Of a stretch of 64,000 nucleotides of DNA, positions 1 to 14,362 are shown in pieces; positions within the stretch are counted from its first letter, which is position 1, and every line of letters starts with the position of its first letter. Made by a program: the position numbers and the translations under genes. The notes under the pieces were generated by a model. The model was not told the DNA's origin. It saw nothing but the letters and a program-made list of their open reading frames with translations, and did no database searches. Origin of the DNA: Octopus vulgaris (lineage: Eukaryota); NCBI GenBank assembly GCA_951406725.2, contig OX597822.1, positions 16,368,001-16,432,000 of the forward strand, given 5' to 3'.

Positions 1-250
1 TAAAATTCGTTCTGTCTGTGTGTCTTCTAGGATCTCGGGCATCTTCCATCCGATTGCGCTCAAATTTGATATGTAGATACCGACAGTATCAGGGCGTGTA
101 TAAGTCTTGAAAAAATTACAAAAATCGGTTCCAGGTGAGAATGTAATCGATAAAGCCGTAGGAATGTGCATGTGTACGCGCGAGTACATCAGCTGTTGCG
201 ATCGATAGTAAGCGTACGCAAGAAAAACTGCACGTGCCGTTTGCGCAAAA
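1..250. mobile_element. Possible non-autonomous Helitron/Helentron-like repeat (5' part, cut by the window edge)
   Basis: Begins TAAAATTCGTTCTGTCTGTGTGTC...CCGATTGCGCTCAAATTTG, a layout recalled from non-autonomous rolling-circle elements. Ends not defined. Confidence 0.3.
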
Positions 251-1323
251 AAGCCGACTGGCTTGAAATAATGCCACAATGTGCAATATATTTAAGAGAC
301 CAAAAAAGTAAGATGCAAAAGAGATATTTTCTTCAAACTTGACATGAAGGGTGGAAAGACTATTTGGTTTCTTTGGAATAGAAAAAAAAAATCTATGTTT
401 ATTTCTTCTTTTGCTGGTGTCTCAAATCTAGGTTAAATCAGTGTTTCTCAAAGAGGAGGCTTATGGGACGGTCGGACAAGTTGTTTTGAGAAAATTTGGT
501 TTAAATGTTTGACAACTCAGCACCGCCCATTGAACGTGGGGTGTTTTGCTCGTATGTATATAAGAGCGAATTAGATGCATAGAGAGATACATCTATACTC
601 AAGGGCCAAAACTGCAGAAAATTATGTTAAAAAGTAGGAAAAAGCTAAGTAGGCTGACGAGTAAGAAAAAGCTAACTTCTCACTTTAGAATAAAATATAA
701 ATTTAGATCTACATAAAAGAAACAATAAAACATACAACAGAAAGAAAAAAATGTTCCTGATGAATGTTTCCTGGTTTATAGTTTATCTTTTCTTTCATAT
801 TGTAAGTCTTTTGTATGTTATCCTAGCTGTTTCTCTTTAGTTTATTTCTTTCACGAAGATTTGGCAACTGGCGGCGTCAATAATATTAGAAAAGTCTGTG
901 AATCTGGTTGTAAATATAATACAATTCTCATTACCATTTATATGCGAATAAAAGATAGCTAGAACCTGTTGAGATAGTTTAGTTCAGTTGAAAGTTATTC
1001 GAAATTTCTCAACAAAGGCGAATCATTTTCGACACAGGTCTCAGAATTGATTTAATCTTTTTTGTTTTACTTTATCGATATAAGACTTTTTGTTATTTAT
1101 TTATTTATTACGTTAGTTGTTTTTGTATTATATTGCATTGGGCGAAAATGTCGGTTTTAATAAGTATTCAACAAATTGTTCACAGAATTTTCCACGGTCA
1201 CAGTGACAAGGGATTATCTGTGAAATTCGAGCGGAACAAGTATCACAAACGTCCTTGTTCACAAGTACCGACTTATCTTATTTGTTGCCCACAATGTTTA
1301 CTATTTTACTTGTATATATAATT

Positions 1324-1386
<63 letters not shown>

Positions 1387-1650
1387 GTTTTCGGTAAGAT
1401 AGAATTATTTAATATTTAATTCTTATGCTTTCCTAAAAACTTGATTTCGAAACGTACGTCCGTAGATAACTTAAAATTGTATGATAGATTGCCGTCAATT
1501 CATTCTCTCTTACCTGTTTGTGTCTGCCTTCCAATTGCTGTTTTTACTGAGATCTCCTTTTCAGTAGAAGAAATAGCTATAACTCTTTGACTGCTATTTC
1601 TAAATTCGGTATGTGGTAAGGCAATTCGTTGCTAAACCCTTTATTGCTTA

Positions 1651-1708
<58 letters not shown>

Positions 1709-1754
1709 GCATAATCAAAATAAGCAATAAGGATATCCAGACGCATATATATAG

Positions 1755-1942
1755 TGAGAATTTTCAAAAAAAGACACAATAGACGAAGACGGGTGTGTAA
1801 ACAACAAACCGATGTATTAGTTTAACTCTAGGGAAGTGAAAAAGTCTTTCACGTTTCGAGCCTATGCTCTTCGACAGAACGGAACGCAGAAATAAACAGG
1901 GAGTGAAAATAGACAAAGGTTTAATTGCTAGCGATCTGTCAT
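1755..1942 (-). mobile_element. PLE-type terminal repeat relic with HHR-like motif (second copy at 19030-19215)
   Basis: Clear similarity to 19030-19215. Minus strand reads CTGTCGA-AGAGC-ATAG-GCTC-GAAA-CGT, an HHR-like layout with an A6U core change. Confidence 0.5.
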
Positions 1943-1944
1943 AC

Positions 1945-1983
<39 letters not shown>

Positions 1984-2015
1984 GCTATCTATCTATCTAT
2001 CTATCTATCTTATCT

Positions 2016-3346
2016 AGCTTATCCCGAACAGGTAATGCTTCTCGATAGCACTGCCAGGCCAGAGATCTTTGGTGATTGTCCATAGGTCCCGGCCTGAAAG
2101 TTGGCCTGAACAGCCGGGTCAGGTGTTCCTCGTCGACGCCCAGATTCTGCCCGAGAACGTCGTTGCACCTCCCCTCTATAGAACGCCTTTCTTGTAATGA
2201 AATCGCACAAATTTGGTCCCGGACGGCAGAGTTGCTTGAGAACAACGCGACACACGCGGTGCCATTCGCCTAGCCTCGGTCTCTGTTCGATCCACGATTG
2301 TAGTTCGGCCAAGGAGACGAGCTGCGGGAAAGCGCGTCGCACAAAAGGCGACCACACCTGTTCACCATCGTCTATGAAGCGCTAGAGATCTCGCAGTCTC
2401 AGAGCATGTCTGCTCATCATCAACCACGGCATGCCTAGTCCTCCATTTAGCGGGTGTTGACAGCAAATGGATCGCCTAAAAATCGGAACGCTTCCCTTCC
2501 TCAGGAAGCGGAAGAGTATGCGTTCCAGTTTGGTGATGGTAGGGTCGGGACAAGGCACGACGGTCAGCCGGTACACGATGACGGATGCGATGTACGCAGT
2601 CGCCACCTCCGCCCGACCTTTTAGGGATAGCTTTCTCTCAGCCCATTTCTGGGTGAGAGTGGGCACCCTAGTCGTTATTTCGCCCCAGTTCTTCTCCATT
2701 TGGAGGTCCGGATCGAACCAAACTCCGAGCAATTTAACCGGTCCGTCGGTCCAGTGTCAAACGATGGAGACGCTGCTGGACGGCATGGGCTTGCTTCTCC
2801 AGGTGCCGAGCCGCAAGCTCAATGACTTTTCCCGGTTAATTTTTGCTCCCGTTACCGCTTCGTATTCTTTTAGTGTCTCGCCGACCAGCTCGATGTGTTT
2901 GTGGCTCGACACTATGATAGCGACGTCCTCCGCGTATGCAGACACGCTCCTCCCGCATCCCAGCTCTCGTGGGATGCCCCTCAGCATCGCCAGATTCCGC
3001 AGTAGTGGCTCAAGAGTCAATACATACAGCATCGATGAGAGGGGGCATCCCTGACGAACCGAACGCATGATGTTAAAAGGTCTGGATAGATGACCATGTA
3101 CGCGAACTACTGAGCGGATGCCGCTGTATAAGGCAGCGATCCAACCGCGGAAAACTGGGCCGAAACCAGCCGCTTAAGGACAACCTCCAAGTAGTGATGG
3201 TCTACCCTATCGAAGGCTTTTGATTGATCCAAATTGATCAGCGCCCCACCCATGCCAGGATCCTTAACTACCCTGTCAATGATGTAGCGCATCAGATGGA
3301 GGTTGTCATGGATACTCCTACCCGACACGGCGCACGTTTGCGCCTT
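2016..3346 (-). mobile_element. Tx1/L1-clade LINE internal fragment (degraded ORF2 RT region)
   Basis: Frameshifted ORFs with LDQSKAFDRVDH, VRQGCPLS, AYAEDV and LSLKGRAEV motifs. Co-linear with 25530-26870. Confidence 0.9.
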
Positions 3347-3350
3347 ATAA

Positions 3351-3501
<151 letters not shown>

Positions 3502-4222
3502 AGTGAGACTGATGCCTTTAATGCTCGACAAGCGGAAAAGACATGAATGAGGAAGGAGAGAATGCAAAAGCTCACCTTGTGGAGAGGAATAACTGAGAAA
3601 GATATGTAAGTAGAGCCGGTGAGGGAAGACAACCTGACAGATAATAAAAATGGAAGTGAAACGGGACAATCTGTAGGAATCTCACTTGAACTCGGCCAGC
3701 TCTGAGAGGCATAAACCATCATAACAGTGGTAGATAATACAGAGAGAGAGGGGAGAAAGAATAAGAGGGAAAGAAAGAGAGAGAGGGAAAGAGGGAGAGA
3801 AAGAGAGAGAGAGAGATAGGAGAGGGTGTGTCTGTATGTTAGAGGCTACTATATTTTTCTTCCTCTGTTTTTATGAATCTTTTCTGGATATGATCAACGA
3901 TGTCTGTGTTTTATAAATGATTTAATTTTAAGGTAGTGACGGTTCGTAATATTCAATGTTTCCTCAGAACGCTTTGACTTCATTCCCTAAAGTTGACAGG
4001 CTTCAGTATTGCTAAATCACACGGGTCTCTGAATCAGAGTAAGAGGATCGAATCAAGTTAAAACTTTTACCCCCTCTGACAACATTTAAATACAATTTTC
4101 CCGGTTGTCAACAGTCACGAAAAGAAGCTAGAGGAAGACGACGAATGAACGAGTATGCATCTACGCCATTACCCAGCCGAGTTGAAATATCGAAGAAATC
4201 GCCTCCAAACCATACTCTACAC

Positions 4223-4472
4223 CAGTGGTTCCCAAGTGGGGGTTACTGCCCCCTTGGTGGCAGTGGAAAGGTGCAGGGGGTCATTGAAGAAAAGTGGGAC
4301 GATAATGGGGTAGCCAAAAAAAAAATAATGGGTTGATTAGGTTAAGTCTTATTTGTGAAGTATTTTGTGGCAGAAAGTGGTCTATATTTGTGTCAGGGAT
4401 AGAGGGGGCGGCGTTACGTATGTGGCCTGTGTGCCAAGAGGGCAACAGCCTGAAAAAGTTTGGGAATCACAG
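4223..4472. mobile_element. hAT (Charlie-like) MITE, 250 bp
   Basis: Imperfect TIRs CAGTGGTTCCCAA / TTGGGAATCACAG and an 8-bp TSD CTCTACAC (4215-4222) / CTCTACGC (4473-4480). Confidence 0.8.
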
Positions 4473-4743
4473 CTCTACGCTATAAAGAAAATGACACATT
4501 GGAAAAGGTGGACCTGGTAAATAGGAAACAAACGTATTTGATCGTCAAACTCTTGCAACAGTAACAAAAAGAGTAACAACAACAGCAAGAAGAGGAGGAG
4601 AAGGACCTAATGTAAAATAAAATGGGGAGTTTTCATTAACGCTGGAACTTATGCCAAAATAAGAACATTTGAATGCCATTTGCAACAGCAGCAGTAACAG
4701 AACTGGCAGCAGCAGGAAAGACAAATGCAGCATCAGTAGTCTC

Positions 4744-4800
<57 letters not shown>

Positions 4801-4920
4801 CGATTTGGAAGATTTGGAAAAGGTGAATGATAGTACATTTTTTATTTCCATTTGTGATATCTATGTATGCACATTATATGTTTGTATGTGTGTGTGTGTA
4901 CATATATATGTGTGCATTTA

Positions 4921-4971
<51 letters not shown>

Positions 4972-6041
4972 GCATTTATGTATCATGTATATATATATAT
5001 TATATAAAATGTTTTCGCCTCTGAAATTGCCCGACGGCAAATAAAATAGGATGCTTTTTAAAAAATGTTCTTTTCGTTTCTAACTTTGTAGTTTCTGTTT
5101 TTGATTTCTGTCTACATTATAACCAAACGAAAAACATTATTATAACACCTCTGACGATTCGTCGCCCCAGGTAACTGTCGAGTCATGCGTAGGATTGAAT
5201 AAATATAAATATTAGTTTCCTTAACTTGGTTTTGCACTACCATTTGTGACGTGTCCAAACTTGGATTTTATCTGAACCCATTTCTAACAGCCGGATTTAG
5301 CGACGCGGTCCTCATCTAGGTATGCCCCCCCCCCCCCATACAATATCAAGAAATGGAATTCTGCAGTTTACGTATATTCTACTTGTCAGTGACTCTGACG
5401 CTACATTTATTCTAATATGGAAAGTTTCCAATGGAGATTTGTATTATTGAGGCAAGATAGAAATATGTTTATCCTAATGATTTAACTTTTTGTTGTACCA
5501 TGGGAGTCAATTTATGACAGGTCAGAAACGCGAGATACCTTCAAGCCTTGGTTAATGAAAGCGCAAATGTTATAAACAATTAAAATATATGAAAGTTCAG
5601 TTCTATATTTAAGAGATAAGTAATTATGTACATTATTTACATTATTCACCTCATTTACATTTGACGGATACATATGTATATGTGTATTTGTGTGAATATT
5701 TACGTTTTTCATTTATACGTCTGCATATGTATGTGGTCTGTGTACATCTATCTGTGTATTTTGATGTATATATGTATATTGATGGTTTAGTATGCGTATA
5801 TATTGTTGTGAAATATTTTAATATATTTTTAATTTTTATGTATTAATTGTATTAATCGAATTATATTTCTATATAATTAATGGCAATATGTATTTTGAAT
5901 CCGCTCTTCGATTTAAGGTTTTCCTAGATTTTTTATAATTTATAATTTATTTGAAAGGACCAATGAAACAAATCCATTTTTAAAGGTGTATCTTTTAACT
6001 AGTTTTGATCAAATTGTTATTTCCGTTCTATTTTAACAAGT

Positions 6042-6079
6042 CTGTCCGACGAACGGGAACGTGAAACTCTGAATAACAG
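6042..6079 (+). ncRNA. Minimal type I HHR motif, U4C core variant, slightly degenerate
   Basis: CTGT-CCGACGA-ACG(GGAA)CGT-GAAA-CTCTGAA-TA-ACAG: stem I CTGT/ACAG, stem II ACG/CGT. Same family as 63150-63243. Confidence 0.55.
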
Positions 6080-6183
6080 CTTTTGTTATACTTTTTCTGC
6101 TTTTAAATAAAGCATACTACTCTACCTCTGGTATTTGTGTACTCCTTTTTCAATCTTGTTTCACATTTATATGCTTACTCCGG

Positions 6184-6238
<55 letters not shown>

Positions 6239-6247
6239 GTATGCATG

Positions 6248-6303
<56 letters not shown>

Positions 6304-6339
6304 TGAATGCATACATTCATATATATAGCTGTGAGTGTG

Positions 6340-6525
6340 GGTAGGGTGACGAAATCTAAAAGAATATCTAAACCGTTTTTAATATCTAAACCATATGTCA
6401 ATGGATCTACTAATTGTAAGCTATGCTTAACTGAAATTTCACAGATCCTTTCTGATCTACCGCACTCCTGGATTCCAGATCTGAAATTTTCGGAAGATGT
6501 AATCGTAAATCAAACTTCCTGAAGG
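6340..6525 (+). mobile_element. PLE GIY-YIG C-terminal fragment
   Basis: [22 protein letters not shown] resembles RCKPYTNGSGRCGLCDMERWLI of the PLE at 24.1 kb. Confidence 0.65.
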
Positions 6526-7192
6526 AGAATGGGGAAATATAACCCTCTTCAAATTGAGCAGGTCTACCGCGGTCTCTAGGTCCCTATCCATTCAGCCTTA
6601 TCATGATTTTAGGGTCAAAGGGAACATAATTTTAATTTCACCTCTTTTTCCTTTTACTGTTTTCCTCTTTCTTTTGTTTGCCGGTGTTTCGAACCTTCTA
6701 CCATTTGCATCTAATTTCTTCTCGCCTTTTCACAAGTTTTCTCATATTTTCTCGTCCTTTTTAGATGGTATATATCATGTGAGCATAGCCCGAAAATTAC
6801 ATGAAGGTACCAGGTGTGATATGAAATGTTGGATATGAAATAGGATGTCTGATGCCTGTTTATTAAACATTATTAATTTTGCATCAGATGCAATAATTTT
6901 TAGTTGATCTTACCTTCACTGAACAGTGTACTCTACATCTATATATGTGTGTGTTTGTATATATATATATATATAATCAAAAAGGGTAATAACATAGGTT
7001 ATTATTACCAGTGGCCTAGCACAAAAGACGAATTAGTCATTAGACAAAATATTATTCGTATAGAAAAATATTATTCATTTAGAAATATAATAAAAGGCTC
7101 CAAAATAAAGAAGCTTAGTGCTAAAGACACAAAGTGGGATAAATTCATGGAGAGAGTGAAAATCAAAAACATTTACCATTAACGATGGTAAA

Positions 7193-7223
<31 letters not shown>

Positions 7224-7552
7224 CATATATGTGAAACACGATATAAAATGGTATCATATACATCAAATACACTTATAAAAACATATTTTTTAATAAAATT
7301 TAGCAGAAGTACCAGAGTGACTCATGAGTCGAAAGTTTCGTGCGTTAGTTCTTTATACTTTGATAACTGATAACGCTTGAAACATTTGGCCCTTCAATAA
7401 CTGTTGCTTCTTCTAAATATTAACACACACACACACACACACATATATATACACGCACACATACATATATACACGTGTTTTGAGTCGTTTTTTCCTGTTT
7501 GCACCACCAAACCAATAAATCGATATATAGATGTATGTGTATACATATAGAC

Positions 7553-7754
<202 letters not shown>

Positions 7755-9093
7755 TGTTTTTTTCTACTTATACATATACGTGTGTGTTGTATTTTTCTTC
7801 CTACATCAAAAATGCACGTAGGCATATGTTTGTGTCAAGGCGACACAGTTTCTAAGAGTTCACGTTTCGTTGTAATCGACAGGATTTTTATTGCTAAGGA
7901 CTCGAGGTCAGCAGGAGCCAGTGTGAGTCAGACATATATCTATCCCTTCCCTGCGAATGGTTGTTTGAATAGTGTTAACGGTTTTGTTAGTCTCGCTAAG
8001 ACACGGCAGCTTAAGGAAGTGGACATTATTGGGATGATTATTGTGCCTTTTAACACCGTTGGCCTTGATGGGTATGGGTGAAAGACGTGGAGTAGCCATT
8101 AAGTTTCAATTATTCAATGGGCGTAAGGATTGTGCCGTATAGATATATCTCTCGTTCGCTTCACTACATTTGTTAGAATGTGAGCAAATCATTCTTGAAG
8201 CAGTTCTTGCTACTCTGGTTGAGAGCTGATCTAAACGGTTACGAAGAGATTTCTGCTGGCCGTTTTTTTTGCATAGAACCATGATATCCCCTTATAAAAT
8301 GCTGACTATAATAACAAATAGTGATTATCTGTATATCAATTGCCATACCAAATCTCTGTAACTATGAGATGCGCCATTTCGGAAACTCTTGGTCCACTAA
8401 ACCATATGGACAGTAAACCGATATGTTGGTCACCACTAACAAGAAAAGCATCATTAATAATAGACAATTCGAAAGACTGAGAACATCATCAAGTTTTGAC
8501 AATGTCGTTCCCAAATGGCTTCTGGTTTTACTTTGAATAATATCACAAAATATATGAAATTCTTGTTGCAATAATAATGTCTTCAGAATATTCTGTTTCA
8601 CACCTTTGTAATCATCACTTTCCCGATATGAGAATATTTCATTGAATATTAATATAATATTTACAAAGATTATCTCCAGAGATATTTAAATGATTACACC
8701 TTGATGATGAGCTAAACATCTTTAATAAATTGTCTTCTCTTAATTAACTCTAAAATTGTAATATACTACAACGGGCCAATTAACATTATTTTATAAAGAT
8801 ATTATCTAGGGATTTTGAGCGGAAATTCAATTGAAGACTGAAGTCCGCATCTCTACAGATTCGGGTTCCGGGATAAGCATTTTGCATTCATCTCAGATGT
8901 AAAATAAAAAAATCTTTTCTTCCTTAATCCTCACATCCGATAGCTGTTCTCTGTAGCTTCATCTATTTCAAAATCTGAATTTTATCATGAAAGATGATGC
9001 GATTTAAATAATTAATCCAATAAACTAATTAACTTTTCAGGATCCAGCCATTACACTATCTCGTCTCGAGCTCAAAAACATAACTTCCATCCA

Positions 9094-9498
9094 AATTATT
9101 CTTTTTCTACACTCAGCACAAGGCCCGAAATTTTGGGGGACGGGGCCAGTTTATTCGATCGACCCCAGTATGCAACTGGTACTTAATTTAGCGATACCGA
9201 AAGGATGAGCGGCAAAGTCGACCTCAGCGGAATTTGAACTCAGAACGTAAAGACGGACGAAATACCTATTTCTTTACTACCCACAAGGGGCTAAATACAG
9301 AGGGGACAAACAAGGACAGACAAACGTATTAAGTCGATTATATCAACCCCAGTGCGTAACTGGTACTTAATTTATCGACCCCGAAGGGATGAACGGCAAA
9401 GTCGACTTCGGCGGAATTTGAACTCAGAACGTAACGGCAGACGAAATACGGGTACGCGTTTCGCCCGGCGTGCTAACGTTTCTACCAGCTCGCCGCCT
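9094..9498 (-). mobile_element. Tandem pair of tRNA-derived SINEs (full copy 9266-9498, headless copy 9094-9265)
   Basis: Head GGCGGCGAGCTGG, B-box GAGTTCAAATTCC and core GTCGACTTTGCC..TCATCC..TCGGGGTCGATAAATTAAGTACCAG. Same family as 62415-62648. Confidence 0.85.
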
Positions 9499-9865
9499 TA
9501 AATACTTCCAAAAATATAGCACGCGATGGTAGCGTATACATATGATTAATTGGTATAAGTCGTAGGATTGCTTTGTGAGTGCATTGTTTTTATGTATTGT
9601 TTATCGAGTGAATGGATCGGCTTAATATATTGCTCTGACGGTACCACTCAGTGACAGATAAGAGCTAAGCTATTGTGCAATGATTCATGCGTTTATGCCA
9701 TTTCGATATGCGTTAATTTGATGCAAATTTGTTTGTATGTGAAATGAGCTATTTCAATATTAAATGAATTGATATCCTGCTTTGTTGAGAAGATGCAGAT
9801 TGTATCCCATTCCTCTTTCTGTCACCAACAGAGAAGACTACATTGGTATGCATACAAAGATATAT

Positions 9866-9928
<63 letters not shown>

Positions 9929-9997
9929 ATATGTAATGTATGTATTTATCTATGTATCCATCTATCGATTTATCTATCTATGCGAATGCATGTATAT

Positions 9998-10345
9998 TAT
10001 GGTCAAGGTATCTCTTCCATGCCTTTTCAATATAATTTCTAAATTCAGTGCTATAGTTATTCCTCTACATTTTGGTAGAGTTGCTGTTCTAGATAAGCCA
10101 TTACAGAGTTCGCGTAAACGCGAGTAAACCTCGTTCTCATCGTCGTGCCTGTAATTCGGATGTAATTCTTTCCATTGAAGAAGAATGTGTTGTTTTCCAG
10201 AAAAAGTCTGATTGTGTCTAATATAAATGGCACTGCGAATCTGTTTGGGATCACTTCTCTATATTTTTCTACCCAGTATTTAATCGCCTGTATTCCTAAA
10301 TCATGTGGAATGTTGGTGCAAAGGCTCACCACATCAAACTAAGTA
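9998..10345 (-). mobile_element. PLE reverse transcriptase fragment
   Basis: DVVSLCTNIPH...LENNTFFFNGKNY...GTTM...YANSVMAYLE...WKRYLD matches PLE RT motifs. Contains stops. Confidence 0.85.
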
Positions 10346-10857
10346 GAAGTGAATTTGTATATATAATCTGAGTGTGTGTGATTAAAGATGGTTTTATACA
10401 TATATGCATGTAATTTCAACTGTAAATGTGTTGCTTGCTTTTTGTGTAGATATGTGCGTGTATTTATTAGTGTCAGCGTGTTTTTGGACCTCTGTGAAAT
10501 CCGACTGGGCGGTCCAGTTATCAGAACAACTCAGAACAATAAAAAGACAATTACAATGTTTAACTGGTTATTCATTTGAAAAATATAATTTATTGTTCTG
10601 ATTTAAGAGACAGCCGTAATTAGAGTGAAAACACTCCAAATATAATTTTTCTTGGTGTTTAGTTTCCAGAAATATCAAAATGATGTGTTTGGAATAGATA
10701 ATTGTAAGCATTATTAAAGGTCATGTGTGTGTATATTTTAAAATTATACGCACGTATCTCCTGGACTTTACGTCTATTCATCTACGTTCACTCAAAGGAT
10801 TTTTCCTGTAGATATATTGCGATGAGATACACGTACGTCTAGAATCAGTATGTGTGT

Positions 10858-10908
<51 letters not shown>

Positions 10909-11033
10909 GGAAAGAGAAAGAGAGTATTATAGATGTATGTTTTTGTGAGTATGCCGGAATGTGTGTGTTTGTAAATGCGTACTTAGAATCTCAGAATCAA
11001 TGCAAAAGAATAACTATTAGAGGAAATAATACA

Positions 11034-11127
<94 letters not shown>

Positions 11128-11803
11128 TGTATGTATGTATGTATGTATGTATGTATGTATGTGAATAAAATCTCCTAATACATTTTAGACATTTTTTGTG
11201 GGCGTAAGAGGTAGAATTCTTTATTTTACATTAATATATTTAAAAATACGCTTTCAAAATTATATATCTATTGATGCACAATGGCTTATTAAATACGATC
11301 TGAAACTCATGGTTTATTCCATTGTTTGTATATATTCTGGAATAAAGCCGTTTCTAATCTATTCCAAGAAACAGGATAATGCTGCCGCATAGCAAACTTT
11401 TCGTATGACAAACTGAAAATATCCTCCAAATTATATTGTTTAAATAACTTAGTAATCACACAGCAATGCCTGTCCCTGCAATTTTAATTCACTGGTCTTG
11501 TTTCACATCAACCATGCCAGTAACCACTTTGAAAATTAGTTTTAATGCAGCAACCATTTGTGAGTATTCATTTGTAAGTCATTCTCCGATGCTGTTACAC
11601 CATTCACGAAAATGGTTTCCTTCCAAAATCATGCGATCACCATTAGATTGTGTTTCTTGGAGGAGGTCTTATAAGTCCGAAACATGCTATGAGTTGTTGC
11701 CACTTCAATAAGTCACCATTTGTTGGCTTTCAACAACATATTCGCTCTGTTCAAACCCTGCGAGTCTAATTGGTGGGCGGAGGCTTTGTAAAAAACTAGC
11801 AAA

Positions 11804-11884
<81 letters not shown>

Positions 11885-11887
11885 TAC

Positions 11888-12020
11888 ATTAGACAAAATG
11901 AGAGAACAAAACCCAAAGCTGTGAGTAGTTTTCAGAACATCTACAAGGAAAAGTTATAGATATAGTCTTACAACTATTTCTGAGATATTACGGATATCCC
12001 TTCATCAGATATGAGTTAAA
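11888..12020 (-). mobile_element. PLE-type terminal relic with degenerate HHR (11965-12012)
   Basis: Minus strand CTGATGA-AGGGATAT..ATATCTC-A-GAAA-TAGTTG-TA-AGAC. The flank matches the arms of the 63480-63660 palindrome. Confidence 0.6.
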
Positions 12021-12427
12021 TAGAGGTAAATATTTGAGTTCGAAGTAAGGAATTATTATGGAATCCATGGCTCCAACATGAACTACATTTGGAACTTACA
12101 TACCATGTACAGGAAACTTTTTTACCACTTCTATACACCACTTTGCTCGAATAATTGAACTGCAACTACGATATCTTAATATATTGATATTATATTTCTA
12201 CTTTATATATATATATATGCATGTATGTATGTATGTATGTATGTATGTATGTATGTATGTATGTATGTATGTATGTATGTATGTATATGTGCATGCTAAT
12301 ACATGACCACATTAGACTCCTCACTCGTATCACTATCGAACCAAGAGTTCAACTACGGTCTGTCCATAGCACTTAGCATTATCTGTCACTCTTTGGATCT
12401 TCTAGATACCAATACCTATGTATATAC

Positions 12428-12458
<31 letters not shown>

Positions 12459-12480
12459 ATGCATGTATCTATATAAACAC

Positions 12481-12780
12481 TTTTATTTTACTTGTTTCAC
12501 TCATTAGTCTGCACCCATGCTGAGGCACCATCTAGGTTACGATGACGTAAACACACCATCACCGGTTATCAAGCGGTGATGGGGTAAAAACACTGGCAAA
12601 AGACACGCATACATAGATATATATGTATATATAATGTATTTCTTACAGTTTCTATCTACCAAATCCACTCCCAAGGTTTTTGTCGAAACGTGGCTACAAT
12701 AGAAGACTCTTGCCCAAGATGCTCAGCAGTGGGACTGAACCCGTAACGTTGTGATTGGAAAGCAAACTTCTTACCACACA
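12481..12780 (-). mobile_element. tRNA-derived CORE-like SINE (diverged)
   Basis: Similar to 32295-32694 (GGTTCAGTCCCACTG..CTTGGGCAAG..GAGTGGATTTGGTAGA). Confidence 0.75.
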
Positions 12781-13829
12781 TATGTGGGGTGAGGGGGACT
12801 TGAAATTTAGATCCGAAACCAATAGATTTGAGGAAGGGTTTTAGCGATACAATTGATCTCAGTAATTGGCTGCTATTTCATTTTATCGACCCTCGACGGA
12901 TGAAAAGTGAAATTCAATGATAAATATATTTTTATTATATGTCCTTCCTATAATGAAAAGTAAATTCAGTGTTAATCAGCATTAACAAGCCTAGTTTACG
13001 TCAAAACACATACAAATTGTTATGTTGAAAGATAAACAAATTACATTCATGATATTCCAACAAGCAATTAAATGAAGCTCATTAAAAAGGCAACAGAAGC
13101 GTTCAAGAATAAGGTGACATCTATAATTTGGTTAACAAAGGAATAATGTGAATATATTCCTCAGAATATTACTTGTGACAACCACTAATTAACATTATAT
13201 TAACCCTATTAGATTCATTTAGGAATATTTTGAAAAATTCTAAACTTAATTTCAATTCCCATTTATTTATTATTAATTACATTCCTATTTTGTTGGACGT
13301 GTTTTGTATATTTTAGCTGTATCCTAAAGTTTGTCATAAAAGAAACAAGAATATTTCCTGAGACAAAGCTAACAAAATTCTTTTTATGAAATGCATTATA
13401 CGCTTTGACAAAGAATATATTTTATGTATATTCTTTATAAGATACAGTGCTGAATCGTTTAATAGATGTCTATGTTAACTATGATACTCATACATTTTAA
13501 TCCCTTATATGCAATACATTAAGATAGTAAGCTGTACGTTATACTTAATGTAAAATATTCTTCAAAAGTAAAGTTACAGCGTTTTCTTGTCCGGAAATAT
13601 ATATATTATATTAGAGGAAAAAGCAAGACCAAAGCAGAACGAGTATCTGAAGGCATTTGGTTTACAATTTTTCTGATCCTCTTTCCGTTGTGTGCTGGAA
13701 CTTTCGCTTGTAACGGTGAGTTTTGGAATCCGATGTATTTATAATGTTTTTTTCTGCGAGTGAATCTGATTTTAGATTCGTTAAAATACTGCTAACGTCT
13801 TATTTTCCCAGAATTGCTTCAGGTGAAGT

Positions 13830-14195
13830 AACCAGTTGGACGTTGCCACTCTTGTTTCTGCCTCCTGCCGCGACGTCGCTTCATCCGGAATTGCAGATAA
13901 AGAGCTCTCCAGACGTCTTTTGAAGAATTCCATGTCTACACCTTGCAGATCCCTGAGGTTCTGTGGTAAGGCATTAAAATATTGTGGTCACTTGAATCCC
14001 AAGTTATTTCAATATTGGGTTCGTATCCTCGATGAAGAAGATGGGACCTTTGGTAGTGTGCAGTACCGTCCAGTTCCGAGATTGTTGTAGATTTCATTTC
14101 CGAAATTTGGAACAAGACCTTCCATTATTTTTCACTGCATACCTCTCACGTCTTCTCTCCAGAGAGTAGAGTCTCAGTTCTTTCAATCTCTGTCA
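13830..14195 (-). mobile_element. CR1-group LINE 3' ORF fragment
   Basis: Minus-strand translation QRLKELRLYSLERRRERY...EGLVPNFG...FNALPQNLRDL...FKRRLESSLSAIPDE is typical of CR1/L2-group C-termini. Confidence 0.8.
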
Positions 14196-14362
14196 AGAGT
14201 CCCAGATGAACCTATCTCACGACAGGAGGCGCAAAATGAGGTCAGCGAGATCAAACTCCCTTTTTGATCAAATGCCACATATCAGAGGCTCTCAATCATA
14301 AGAGTTTATTAAAACGGCTGTGCCCCAGCATGACCACAACTTTGAGCTAAAGCTGAGTAATG
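14186..14362 (+). mobile_element. Extreme 3' end of a related CR1-group LINE, opposite orientation
   Basis: LSRVPDEPISRQEA parallels LSAIPDEATSRQEA of the adjacent minus copy. Ends GTGCCCCAGCATGACCACAAC..GAGTAA. Confidence 0.65.

Noticed and set aside
4545-4851. Poly-Leu/Thr ORFs resembling a signal peptide or membrane protein
   Set aside because: Driven by (TAG)n, with no recognisable domain and a weak splice donor.
7310-7345. GACTC-AT-GAGTC-GAAA hairpin
   Set aside because: No CUGANGA core or convincing stem I.
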